Below are positions 51,301 through 62,877 of a stretch of DNA of 64,000 nt, one piece after another. Made by a program: the position numbers and the translations under genes. Below the pieces are notes generated by a model. The model did not search any database. It worked only from the letters and a program-made list of their open reading frames with translations, and was not told the origin of the DNA. Every line of letters starts with the position of its first letter. Within the stretch, counting starts at the first letter, position 1. The DNA lies in the NCBI RefSeq assembly GCF_000143415.4, contig NW_003314284.1, positions 1,222,693 to 1,286,692 on the forward strand. The letters are read 5' to 3'. This DNA is from Selaginella moellendorffii (taxonomy: Eukaryota > Plantae > Lycopodiophyta).

Positions 51301-52400
51301 TGTTTGGGTTAAGGAATAAGGTTCCTAGTTCAAAGTGTTGATTTGAACTATTGATGATGGTGTGGCTTGGTCAAGGTGACCAAGTGGGAAAAGCACCCTA
51401 GGGAAATGAGCTATGTCATTGCGATGGCATAGTGTGTCCAAGGAAAGTAGTCTCTAAAGAGACCCATGGGAGGGTCACAAAGTTGGGCCGTGGATAGAGC
51501 CCACAGCAGAAGATGCTAAAGAGACTTACTAGGGGCGAACACCCTAGTCTTGGCAAAGCAGAGCCTTTGCTAAGGAATCACAAGAATACCTCAAGGAGGG
51601 AGGTAGAGATTCAATGTTGCTTGGTGCAACAATCAACGGATAGGAGCAAAAGATGAGTGGCCAAGATAGGGCCGTGGAATCCCTTGGAAGGAATCCAAGT
51701 GACAAAGTTAGGCGAGGAACACTAATGTGTTGGATGCTAACAAATTCCAGAAAAGGAAGTGTGTTTCCAAGGATGAATTCCGAAATGCTCCGATTTGGCG
51801 AAAGTGGAAGCTTCAAGGGAGGGAGCGGTAAGGTAGCCAAATGATAGGGCCATGAACAGCCCTAGCACAAAGTATGATAACTAGAACTTTGGCACGAAAT
51901 AGAAGAGAGGATGATGGTGCCCTCGAGTAGAGAACTTCCTAGGATGGGAAGTGGAGTTGCACAAAAGGTGCAAGGCAAGGTGTCAGAGACACCTAGGAAA
52001 TTGACTCCAAGAAGTCAAAATTCAAAGTTCCAAAGTGCAAAGGTTATATCGATGGAAATTGAGACTACTCGAGAAGGAGTAGTGGGATTGACTTAGAGAA
52101 GGGTCTCTAACAGGTTTAGCGAGAACTAAACCAATAAAAGGAGAGAACCACTATATGTGGTCCAATCAGTCTCTAAGTTGGAAAGACTACCCTCCTTAGA
52201 GGATATGCAAAAAGCATGGTGAGCCTTCAATGTCCAACCATTGACGAATATGGAGAAGGCATGGTGAGCCTTCAATGTCACACCATTTGACAAATATTGG
52301 CTACGCGCCAAGGATGGAAATGGTAACACATGCGGGTGTTACTTTATAAAATGGTTCACCGTTCGATGAGGACATCGAACTTCGTCTATGGGTGGTGGGG
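47330..52400 (+). ncRNA. Putative multi-kilobase structured non-coding RNA (chain of short stem-loops) in the nested element
   Basis: Dozens of consecutive 5-12 bp inverted repeats with short loops. The stem mismatches inspected are mostly G-T on the + strand. A duplicated module shows compensatory changes. Transcription is not shown. Confidence 0.6.
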
Positions 52401-52401
52401 T

Positions 52402-54150
52402 TGTGAGACACAAAATCCCTAGGCCCCAAAGTGGAGCCGGAAGGGCGCCACATGGTAGTGGCCGAAGCGAGAGCCAAACGAGCGTAACACGTTTGGACCA
52501 AAAGCTCCGACTTGAAAAGTCAAAAGCGGGAGTGGAACTCCCAACGAAGTGCTCGAGGAACGAGCACGAAGCGAGCAAAAGGCGAAGCTCCAAAAAGGGA
52601 CCCAAAAGGACCAACACATGACACGTGGGAGTGTCCGAGATGGACTCGAGTTGGAGTCCGAAGTGGAGTCCGAGATGGACCCGAGTTGGAGTCCGAAGTG
52701 GAGTCCGAGATGGACCCGAGTTGGAGTCCGAAGTGGAGTCCGAGACGGACCCGAGATGGAGTCCGAAATGGAGTCCGAAGTGGAGTCCGAGGTGGACCCG
52801 AGATGGACCCGAGTTGGAGTCCGAAGTGGAGTCCGAGATGGACCCGAGATGGAGTCCGAGGTGGACCTGAGATGGACCCGAAATGGAGTCCGAGATGGAG
52901 TCCGAGATGGACCCGAGATGGAGTCCGAGATGGAGTCCGAGATGGACCCGAGATGGACCCGAGATGGAGTCCGAGATGGAGTCCGAGATGGAGTCCGAAG
53001 TCGAGACCGAGACCGGGACCGAGACCGAGACCGAGACCGAGATCGGGACCGAGACCGAGACCGAGGCCGAGGCCGAGACCGAGCCCGAGCCCGAGCCCGA
53101 GTCCGAGTCCGAATCCGAGTCCGAGTCCGAGTCCGAGTCCGAGTCCGGAGCCTGAGAGGGTGAAAGCCCAAAGCGTTCGTCTCCCAGACCCTGGGGGGTT
53201 TGGTGAGCTCCAAAAGTATAGTAGGGGGAGGACTGCAGTGGAGCCAGTTTGGCCAGGAAAGGCCAGTTTGGCCCAGGAAGGCCGGACCCAGTGTTGGGTG
53301 ATGAGCTGCCCACTGGGAAGTCCAAGACTAGAGTGAACACAGACCGACAAGCAGGGTAGCTTGGTGAAGTGTTCAAGAGCCGGCTCTAGTTCCCCCGGGA
53401 GATCGACTGGCCGATGCTCCCAGTCCAAGTGTGGGTGGCACTACCTACTTGGATACCTGGTGTGGCTCAACGGAACCCGCTCTAAGCCCATGGCTAGAGC
53501 ACCCAAGGGCAGAAGGCGAGGAGAGTACCCAGGTGGCTCGCGTAAGGCCACGGTGTTCCGAAATGTTGTCCCAAAGGCCCAGACTGTGGAAAGGAAGAGG
53601 AGCAGTCCTCTGGGGTAGTGACCAAGGACACAGTCGTGTGGTGAGGAAGTCCCAGAGGACCGTGGGACTTAGTGGTCGGGCCTGTGGGTCTCGATCCAGT
53701 GGCAGTGTTGGCAAACACGGCCAGGGGCAGAAAGGGTCTTAGTGGGGACTGACAGAGGGATATTGGGGAAGGCTATTCCCCTTGTCGGTGGGCATCCTAA
53801 GGATGCTAAGGAGTGGATCTGAGATGACCACTCACGGATGGTTTGCCTAGTCTTGGAGAGCCAAGACGGTGATGCAAGTGGTATTGGACTACCAGTGTGG
53901 CCAAGGTGATTGGGCATGGCCTTAGCGTAACGGGCTGCTATGTCGGTGGTACCTTTGAGTGTCGGTCATGGGATCGGACATGTGGTGCACTTGGACCAAG
54001 TGCAAATGTTGAGTGGCATGGATGCCATTCTCGGGGCTAGCAAGTCCCAAGTCCTGGATTGGACTTATGGAGGTTGTGAATGAGACTCCTCCAAGTGGTC
54101 AGAGGTGTGGTTAAGTGACTAAAGTAGAATGGAAAATTTAGTCGCTTACA
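52402..54150 (+). repeat. 3' LTR of the nested element (1749 bp)
   Basis: Differs from the 5' LTR by a 24-bp array deletion and a handful of transitions. Confidence 0.95.
52629..53148 (+). repeat. Tandem array in the 3' LTR
   Basis: Same array as 46757-47300, 24 bp shorter. Confidence 0.92.
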
Positions 54151-56829
54151 GTGATGTTTGTAAAGTGTTGGATCGGCTACGTGATGTTAGTTTAAATCTG
54201 AAGCGGTCGAAGTGCGTGTTTGGATCCAAGGATACAACTTATCATGTGTACCATATTTCTCATGAGGGTTTGCAAGTTGATCCTGACAAACTTGTGGCTA
54301 TTCTAAAGTTCCCTACTTCGAAGTGTGTGAATGATGTATAGCGCTTCTTGGGCAAGGTGTAGTATCTCGGTCGTTTTGTGGATCATCTTTCTAATCGCAC
54401 TGCACCGTTGCAAACGTTGTTGAAGTCATCAACATCATCTTTCATCTGGTCTCTGGATTGTGAGCGGGAGTTCGGGGATCTCAAAGAGCTATTGACAACT
54501 CCTCTAGTTTTAGCATATCCTGACTACACTTGATCTTTTATTTTGTGCGTGGATGTTTCTAACATTGGTCTTGGAGGTGCGTTGATGTAGAGAGCTTGAG
54601 TGTGCCTGGTCAGCACCATCCCATTATGTATATAAGCCATACATTACAACCAGCGGAAATGAACTACTCCACGACAGAGGAGTGTTTAGCAGCAATTTGG
54701 GGTTTCGAAAAACTTCATACATATTTACATGGTTCTCGGATGTTACTTGAAGGTGATCATGCTGCTGTTACTTCATTATTGAAGCGGAAGAACCTGGTTG
54801 GTCGTACTACTTGATGGGCTTTGAAGCTTCAAATATATGATTTTGATGTTGTTCATCGCCTAGGGAGTTCTTTAGCTGATGTTGATGCCTTTTCTTGAGC
54901 TCCTCTTCCTTCTTTATTCTCTTCTCATATTTCTGACGAGTCTGTTGTTCTAGCCTTTGTGGATTTTCTAGACAAGGATTCTGTGCCGTTGGCGGTTGCT
55001 GTACTTGACGTTTAGTGTCCACAAAGCACAAAGCAAGATCTACCTTCTCTTGATGAGGTTCGTGAGGCTCAAAAGATTGAGCTGTGGATTCGAAGGCTTC
55101 AAGATGGGTTTGAGAATTTTGCATCACTTGCTGATGACTTACCTTTCCGGCATTTACATTCTCAATATCGCCTTGAAGACGGCCTTTTTTATTTTGTGGG
55201 GACAGATCCTGATGATCATTTACAGCTGGTGGTGCCTTCTATCTTTGTTCTGCGGTTTCTCCATGCCTACCATGATTCTTCTATTCTAGGTGGGTATATG
55301 GGACATCGTCGTGTAATCGAGAAGCTGCACAGGTCTTTCTATTGGCCGGAGATGCGACGTGATATTATCCAGTATGTGCGTAGCTGCGTTTGGTGCCAAG
55401 CTCGTAATACTCCCCCTTGAGTTATGGAAGGATGGTTAAAGTCAATTGCAGTTTTCCGTCCGTTTGAGTTAGTGACGTTTAATCTTATGGGACCTTTTCC
55501 ACGGTTGATTGTTGGTAATGAGTATGTTATTATTGCTTCTAACTATTTGACTCGTTGGGTGGAAGTTGGTGCTCTTATTAGCGCCTTTGCAACTGCTATT
55601 GGATATTTCCTCCTCAATCGAATGGTGTTCCAGCATTCTTGTCCCGAGCGGATCCTTTCGAATAATGGTCTCGCATTTATGGCTGAGGCATTTCATGTTT
55701 TGATGTCTCGGTTGGGGATACGCCACACTTTCACGAGTGCTTATCATTCACAATCAGACGGTCTGGTGGAATGGCTCGTTCGGACATTCAAGGGGATGAT
55801 TGCGAAGTATGTAAACTTTCAGCATTCGAATTGGGATGGTTATTTATTGTCTCTTCGGTATGCATATGTCACAAAGGTGCAAAATTCTGTTGGTGCTTCA
55901 CCATATAAACTCTTATATGGTCATGATTTAATATTACCAATGGAGTTGGGTTTACCTTTGCGATTACCACAAGCTATGGATGCTAGGTTGTGGGATTAGT
56001 ATTTGACGAGCATTCTTCCACTTGTCCGAATGGAGTCTGCCAAACACTTAGGCCGCGTACAAGTGGGATAACAACGGCAGTAAAACTCCCATCATCGTCC
56101 ACATGCAGAGTACAAAGTGAATGATTTGGTGTTAGTCTATTTTCCCTATCTTATGGTACATGGTTTATCTAAGGGGCTCCTTACGCAGTGGAAAGGACCG
56201 TATCGGTGTTGCGGCAAGTTGGACCACAAATTTATGAGGTTCGGTATGACGTCCAACAGACAGATCTTCCAAAGATTGTGCATGTGCAACGGTTGAAACG
56301 CTTTATACAAAGGGATCAGGAGTAGTTAATACCACCTACAAATCCGCCAATGCCTCCTCTTGACATTCCTCCAAATCTCAGCCCATCTACAAGAGAACCT
56401 TGATGGTCTTCCATTATTCTGAGAGGAGGGGATGATGTGAGGGCCAAGTGTATGGCTACGATGTTGTATACTAATATTAGCGTAGTGGGATTTTGGTAGC
56501 CGTTAGATTAGTTTCAATCCGAACCACTCACTCTTGTATATAAGCTAGGGTTAACATAATGAGAAAAACCTAAACCAGCTTATAAATTATATTTGTTAAT
56601 TACAAAATTATAGTCTTTAAAATACCCATCTACTAATTAAAATTTAAGGTTACTAATTTAAATTTAGTCATCAAACATTTAGAGCTGGGTGTGATTAGGC
56701 GTGACACAGAGTGCCATAGAAAGAGCAAGGAGTGGGCGTGGCAAGGGGGTAACCACATAAGAGAAGGGGGTGTTGCATTATACATTTCTCTTGAGTCCAT
56801 CACCTGACGATCTCCTCGTGGGCATAGCA

Positions 56830-57300
56830 CTCACTCTTTAGTTTCATGCAGTTGAACGGCATCACCACCGATGCTGTGACGCTTGCCTGGGTACTCTCGG
56901 GGTGAAACACAGGTGGGATTACTTCGTGTCTAGTGAGGAGCGGCCAACTTTCAAGCACTATGTGGTGATCTTGGATATGCTCGGCTCAAGTATGCCGTTC
57001 CAGCCAGACTTGGTGTTGTGGAGGACGCTGCTCAGTGCGAATCATAACAATCCCCACGTTAGAAAACGAGCAGCCGATTGCAGCCCAGCGATCCTACTAG
57101 TTTTCCTGTCCCACATCTACTCGGCCCGGGGAGGCCGAGAAGTTGAGGCACGAAAGTTTAGGATTCATAGAGACAACTCGCAAGGGAGCTTCGTGATCTT
57201 GTCGCTGGCTTTGAAGTCCACGCGGGTATAGAACCCCAGGAAACGATGTCTCTTTCTGGCATGGAATCAAGTAGCAATAGAGCATTTGTAGCGGGAACAG
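56830..57300. pseudogene. PPR/E-domain fragments
   Basis: + strand 'KHYVVILDMLG..MPFQPDLVLWRTLLSA..VFLSHIYS'; - strand 'DSMPERDIVSW'. Confidence 0.6.
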
Positions 57301-57482
57301 GATTGATCGATCCATGAGATCTTGTTATTTGGAGTATGAAAAAATTAATTTGACTGGATTTATTTATGGATTTTGGCCTGCAAATTCGACTCGTCACCCA
57401 CAGCGTTCATTCCTCTGATATGGTTGGTGCTTCCTCTGTATCGTGTGGCATTCCTTCGTTTACCACATCATTCCTCTTCTCC

Positions 57483-59276
57483 TCAGCTCTTTAAGCTGTA
57501 TGTACTTTGAGCTTTCTTTTATCTGCCCGTGCAGAATTCCGTATGTTGGAAATGAACTCTTCCCTGCTCAAAGTGATCCACTGTAACATCGTCTTAGTTT
57601 CTCAATCAGGACATGCAAAAAAAATCACCTGTGGCATCTCATCAGTGTAGTCTTCATATGTGAAGTTGAGTGCTTTAGCCTTGCCGAAGAATCTAATAAC
57701 TGCTTGGTCGTAGGTCCTATCACAACGAAGTTAGATTCTGGTAGTAAAATAGTAACTAGCGAGTGAGGTTTACCTTGCTCCCTCCTCTTGTGTCCCATAT
57801 GCCCCTGGAAATGCAAAACAAAAACAAAACAAACAATAAAAAACCAAATATTATAGCTCAGCTCCTGAAAAGACTCACCAGTCGAATCGCGAGTCCAGCC
57901 TGCACCAAAGATGAAAACAGTGTTAGAATGGTGATGGTCAAAAGCTTGGGTGCTGGCTGTGATCTCTTCAAGTTGATCATGGCAATACATCCAGGTAGCT
58001 AGATGGTATCTCAAGAGGTTTAGAGGGATGAGCTCTACTCACGTTATGGAGGCCGCCCATTCTTGACATTTTGACTTTTTGAGACGATATACTCCGCGAT
58101 AGTTTGATGCTCGAGGCCGAGTCTCCCTCGTGCGTGGAAAGCCAGCGTCACCTCCAAGAAGGTCGGGTGTAAACCAGATCAACGACTTGCCGCGACTCAT
58201 TTGACGTAGCATGGTGATGAATTCCTTGTCGGGCAGATTGATCCACTGCAGAGAAAATCCAAGTGTTTAGATCTTGCCAAAGTAGAAACGGTAATATGAT
58301 CATACCTGGGGGATCTCGTGCACGTAATCCGAGTAGGGAAAGTTTGGGCAGTTTTGGCCACGGAACTTGATGTAAGCTCGGTCATAAATCCTGCGAGTGA
58401 ACATCTTTAAGAAGAAGGAGAAAAACAAATTAACCTGGCTCCGGCTTCCTCATTGCTGCATGAACCAACGTATATTTGCTTGCCTTTACTCGTACCCCTG
58501 ATCACCACGATAAATTAAAAATCAGCGTGATTGTTGAAGATCTTTCATTTGAAAAAAAAATTGTAAGGAAGAACATACTCACCAAATATGCGTCTCCCAA
58601 CGCTCGATTCTCTTGTAGTACGCCAACGTAACGGGACGACTTTTTAGCGTATCTCCTCGCGCACGTCGGCGTCTTCCTCTTCTTTCTCGTTTCTTCTTTC
58701 TTGGATGGTCGAGCAGCGATCTCCCTCTTCGCACAACTTTTACCTTTTGATCTTTGAGCTCGAGCTGCAAGACGAAGTCTTGATCGTAGAAGTTGCGGCC
58801 CGAGTGACCATGGAGGTGGCTTTCTTTTTCTCGGCGATCATCGGATGATGATCTTGACCACCCACCATCGCTGGTGATGGCGGTGCTAGACGACGTCGCT
58901 TTGTTCTTGGCGCCAACGACCCTGCTGAAGCTACCGGGGGCAATGTGAATGCGGCCGCAGGATCATCACAATCATCAAGGGAAGGAGCTGCTGGATCATG
59001 GGCAGCAGGAGAGAATATAGAGGTGACGGCCATACCCTTGCGCGCTGAACGCCTGCGCCGCGTGTCCTTGATGTTGGGATCTTCATCCGGGGCCGCGAAA
59101 TCTCCTGGAGCAAGCTGGAATCCACTCGCAAGTACCTCCACGGCGAGTAACTCATTCGACGAGGACTCGGTACGAAGTACATGGGCCGGCGGGCGGCGGC
59201 GATTGGGTTGCGGTGGCGCCGCAATACCAGGTGCCCGTGCTGCCGTGGACGATCGAGCAGGATTGGAGCGAGGCAT
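57483..59276 (-). CDS. Divergent double-AP2-domain transcription factor (euAP2-like), multi-exon; intactness uncertain
   Basis: Manual splicing gives NLS 'RKKKRERRGRRRR' and AP2-R1 'SRPVTLAYYKRIERWETHIW|GTSKGKQIYVGSCSNEEAGAR|IYDRAYIKFRGQNCPNFPYSDY'. Linker 'WINLPDKEFITMLRQMSRG..'. AP2-R2 'SNYRGVYRLKKSKCQEWAASIT|..|GAYGTQEEGAR|TYDQAVIRFFGKAKALNFTYEDY', then 'WITLSREEFISNIRNSAR'. Intron positions resemble those of AP2 genes. The phase of a 21-nt microexon near 57880-57900 is unresolved. Confidence 0.72.
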
Positions 59277-59289
59277 GACCGAGCAAAGT

Positions 59290-59574
59290 TATTGCCAGCT
59301 CCATAAGTCACATTAATCTTGCAAATCCTATCTTGTCTAAATACCTGTATTCCTCCCAATCAGCTGCAAAATCGTCACACTGCTCTTCTGAGAATGATGT
59401 AGAGAGTAATGCTTTCTCTTGCAACTCTGATTTGCCCCATGTGAATCTACTTCCCGTATCCACTACTACTAAGAGCTTCGTAGTATCACCTTTGTAACTG
59501 CTGAATGTTATGAAGAGTTGGGGTACGCTCTCAAGAGTAAAGTCGAGGTTGATAGCAAATGCGGCAAGCAACAT
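59290..59574 (-). pseudogene. Aspartic protease 5' fragment, truncated at the duplication breakpoint
   Basis: 'LLVVVDTGSRFTW'. 1-bp deletion near 59332 relative to copy 1; homology ends at 59290. Confidence 0.8.
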
Positions 59575-62500
59575 AGATGCAAACAGGGCTGCAAGACAAG
59601 GTTTTAGATCAGTTGAATTGAAGCATCTAGAAAATACCCAGACTTACTGGACTTGTAGGCATGCTGTAAGAAACCCATCGTGTGCCTAACAGTATAGGTT
59701 CAATAGCTAACAAAAAATATGGATTGATGAAGTCATAAGAGCTTACCAAGGAAACAGTAATTCAGGATGTAGAGCTGGCTGGTTCCAAACACTTCGATGG
59801 AGCTTTCTTCAGTAGGGCTGTGGTTTGCTACAAGTGACTGGAAATGTAGCTGCTCCAAGAGACTGGAAATGTGGAGCTGCTACAAGCGACTAGAAATGTA
59901 GAGCTGCTACAAGCGACTGGAAATGTGGAGCTCTGATTTGGAACAAGCGACTAGAATTATATCCTCCTTAAGAAACCATCTCCGCTCGGCAGACAAAGAG
60001 ATGGTCGAGAAAACACAATCTGTGTGATTGTACGGCATTAACAGCTACCTCTTCCAATAAAAAAGAGTCGCTAAACCACCTTCGGTGTCTGGACAATGCC
60101 GAAGACGCCACGGACAAAGCCTCCCGGCTGTCTCGTTTTCTCCTCCCGTTGGCGGGTGAGCGAGGGTTCTTCAACTTGGAGTCCTTGGCCGGCCTCACAC
60201 ATCCCCCAAGCTTAAACATCACCTCACTCGGGCCGTTGATTCATTGAGAGTGTTCTTTAAGACCACTAGAGAAAAACTGAAATTCATTATCAATGAATTT
60301 CGAATGAAATGTTTGTGAGAAACTCAATTATAATTAATTTTAAATTTATAACCATGTTGAAATCTAGACTGTCACTCAATTACAAGCGTTGGAATTGTGC
60401 AATGTGCTAGGATAGTGCTGATCTCAGCTGGAGCTGGATTGGCCGCTAGAGCTGGATCACTGCGTTCTCGTGGCTGCACTGTTGCATTGCTGGATGGAGC
60501 TGGATCGCTGCTTGCTTGTGGCTGCACCGCTGACTTGCTACGCTGCTTGCTCGAGCTAGATCACTACACCGCTGCATTGCTGGATGGGCTGCTCACTGAA
60601 TGTGTCCCTGGAAATTAGAGAGCTACTCTACACGTACTCCATGTCAAATGCCAAAGCACCTAGCGAAATGAACTTTCAGAAGTTTAGAAGTTTGGACTGA
60701 CCAAAATTTGCAGCATTGTATCGATGTTGTTTCCTCTCGCTGGACGAGCCTCCAAAGTAGATTATTCTATGAATTTAAAGGAGTGCCTGTTGTCGATCAA
60801 GTTGGTTTCACTAGTTGCTGCACATACGCCTGGACACCACTTCAAAGATTTAGAACTCACTGACAATTATTTTTTCTATAGAAAACACACCTTTCTCGTT
60901 AGCCAGCACTTGCGAGCTGCTTCTCGGTTTTGCGTGAGCCTCCTCAGCGGCTGCAAACGGAACACTGCAGTTCCAGCATGCTTAGAAAGCTCTACCTTGG
61001 AATCAGCTGATTTTCAGGCTTTGAAACAAAAGCAAAAAAATTAGCACACTTCCAAGAGAAAGAAAAAAATTCCTTGCAAAGAAACTCAAGGAGGATTGGA
61101 TACCTTTGGAGAAGGCTCAACGTCTATGGAGTTGTCTGTAAGTGGACTAGTGTCAGCCATGCCCCATTTTGTGTTAGCGTTACTGTCAAGCTCCAAGTTC
61201 CTATCGGATGCAACCTTTTGATGCGCGTAGTAAATATCAGTTTTGTAATGGACGTGGAAGTTGGGAAAAGCTGGAGAAAAGAAAGAGATCCAAGAGGACA
61301 AAATGTATCTCTGCCGCTGCCTATCACTCATTCTGGAGAATCAAGAGAAGCAAGATCAACACAGAGCGGAGAACACTCGCAAGTAAAACAGAAACTTACA
61401 CTGGGATGTTTACGCGGAAGTGTACGAATTGATCACCATTAGCGTGTCGTTGCGTGACTTTGATACCTGTGGAAGACAGAGGATTGAAACTAAACTCTCA
61501 AATCGTCACAAGTATCAGACCAGGTTGAGTACCAGGCTTGACCCCGCAAAACCACATGTCCTTGAAAAGTATAGCCTACCTTCAACACGAATGATCGTTG
61601 GCATTTCAATGGTTCCACCCAGAACAGCCTTGAAAAGATTTCAAGTTCTTCCATCAAAGAATGAGCAAGAAAAACAGAAAAGTGAGACATCGCAATCGAC
61701 AGCATGCAACCCTCCATTTTACTACACAGGGAACACACTCAAGGATCTCAGCCAAGAAAACGAAAAAGAAAGAAAAGTCCTACTACATTTCATGTAGATA
61801 CGAGAATGGAAGACCAGAGCTGCGGCATACATAAGAAACCCCCTCCAATCCACGCGATTGCTCCAATCTGCTGCTAGAATGCAATAAAGATTCTTACCGA
61901 TTAGCAATCCCTCGACCCACTAGTTTGATGATATATAATTTTACATAACATTGTCATATATAGGCATAAATACATGTGGCACATCAACTGAATTTTACTG
62001 AATCCTCAGATTCCTCTGCAACATCTCCTTATCTGGGTACACGCCCTTGTTGAACATAAACTAGAGCACCTTGCAAGCCTTGTTGAGTGACTTATAGATT
62101 GCCAGGCACACCCCTCACGATCACTTGTAGGCTTCTTGGACCAAAGGTTCATATTACTTCACATCTAGCCTCCAATTATATTGTTAGTTTCATTAGTATC
62201 AGAGTCTTCTGAATTTGTGATATATTTTAGAGGGTAATTATAGAATCTTCTTGTATTTGAAGATTTGCTGGGATGAACAATTCCCAAGTGGTTGACTAAG
62301 ATGTTGGCCAGGATCTCACATGAGCATAGTTCATCTGAATAAGGCTTTTTTCTCATCTGTGTGTGCATATGAAAACTTTGAAACACTTCAATAAGGAGAG
62401 AAAATGAAACACCAATGCTTCATGAGAATAGTTCACCTAAATAAGGCTCTATAAGCTAAGCTTCTAGCTTCTATAAGCTCCTAGAAAAGTTCTAATACAG

Positions 62501-62877
62501 AGACTGGAAAAACCTAGGCAAGAACAGCATTGTTGACATTGAAAAAATTGGAAAGATCATATTCACTTTGTCAGTCTAGAGCTTGCTCTTTTCCGAAAAG
62601 CAACAAAAGACACACACATGGAAGAGCAACAAAAGGACAATTCTTTGGGACGGTAAAGTAGTTTGTGTCAAATGACACAATGTTCTCAAATCTCTCAAAG
62701 GGGAGCTACCATACTAAGCCAAGGAAATTTGGTTAAAACCCACTTCTTAGATTACATCTGAATGAGCGTGGCTCCTTGGCAACAAACTTAGATTAGGACC
62801 ATTGAGGACTGGTGATAAAAAAACTTAATATTTAATATAAGTTTAATTTAGATTGCAGTCAGTGGAAAAGAAAAATT

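Larger units (their letters stand above)
46530..54150 (+). mobile_element. Young non-autonomous (LARD-like) LTR retrotransposon, 7.6 kb, with no recognisable intact gag-pol
   Basis: LTRs 46530-48302 and 52402-54150 (TGT..ACA) are nearly identical. 5-bp TSD GTGAT at 46525-46529 and 54151-54155. tRNA-iMet PBS TGGTATCGGAGC at 48306-48317; PPT GGGTGGTGGGG at 52390-52400. Confidence 0.95.
43997..56552 (+). mobile_element. Short-LTR Ty3/gypsy retrotransposon (defective) interrupted in RT by a nested element
   Basis: 5' LTR 43997-44162 (TG..CA), PBS from 44163, gag 44431-45100, protease 'LVDTG'. RT 'PWACEPHLV..FCIDYRPLN..KLDLASGYW..FIDDVLI' resumes at 54156, followed by RNase H and integrase (HHCC zinc finger and core, 55196-55999). 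PPT 56421-56435; 3' LTR from 56436, truncated at ~56552. Several stops. Confidence 0.92.

Noticed and set aside
46530-54150. Retrozyme (hammerhead-containing LTR element)
   Set aside because: No CUGAUGA...GAAA hammerhead core was found by eye, and the LTRs are much longer than in known retrozymes. An Infernal search would settle it.
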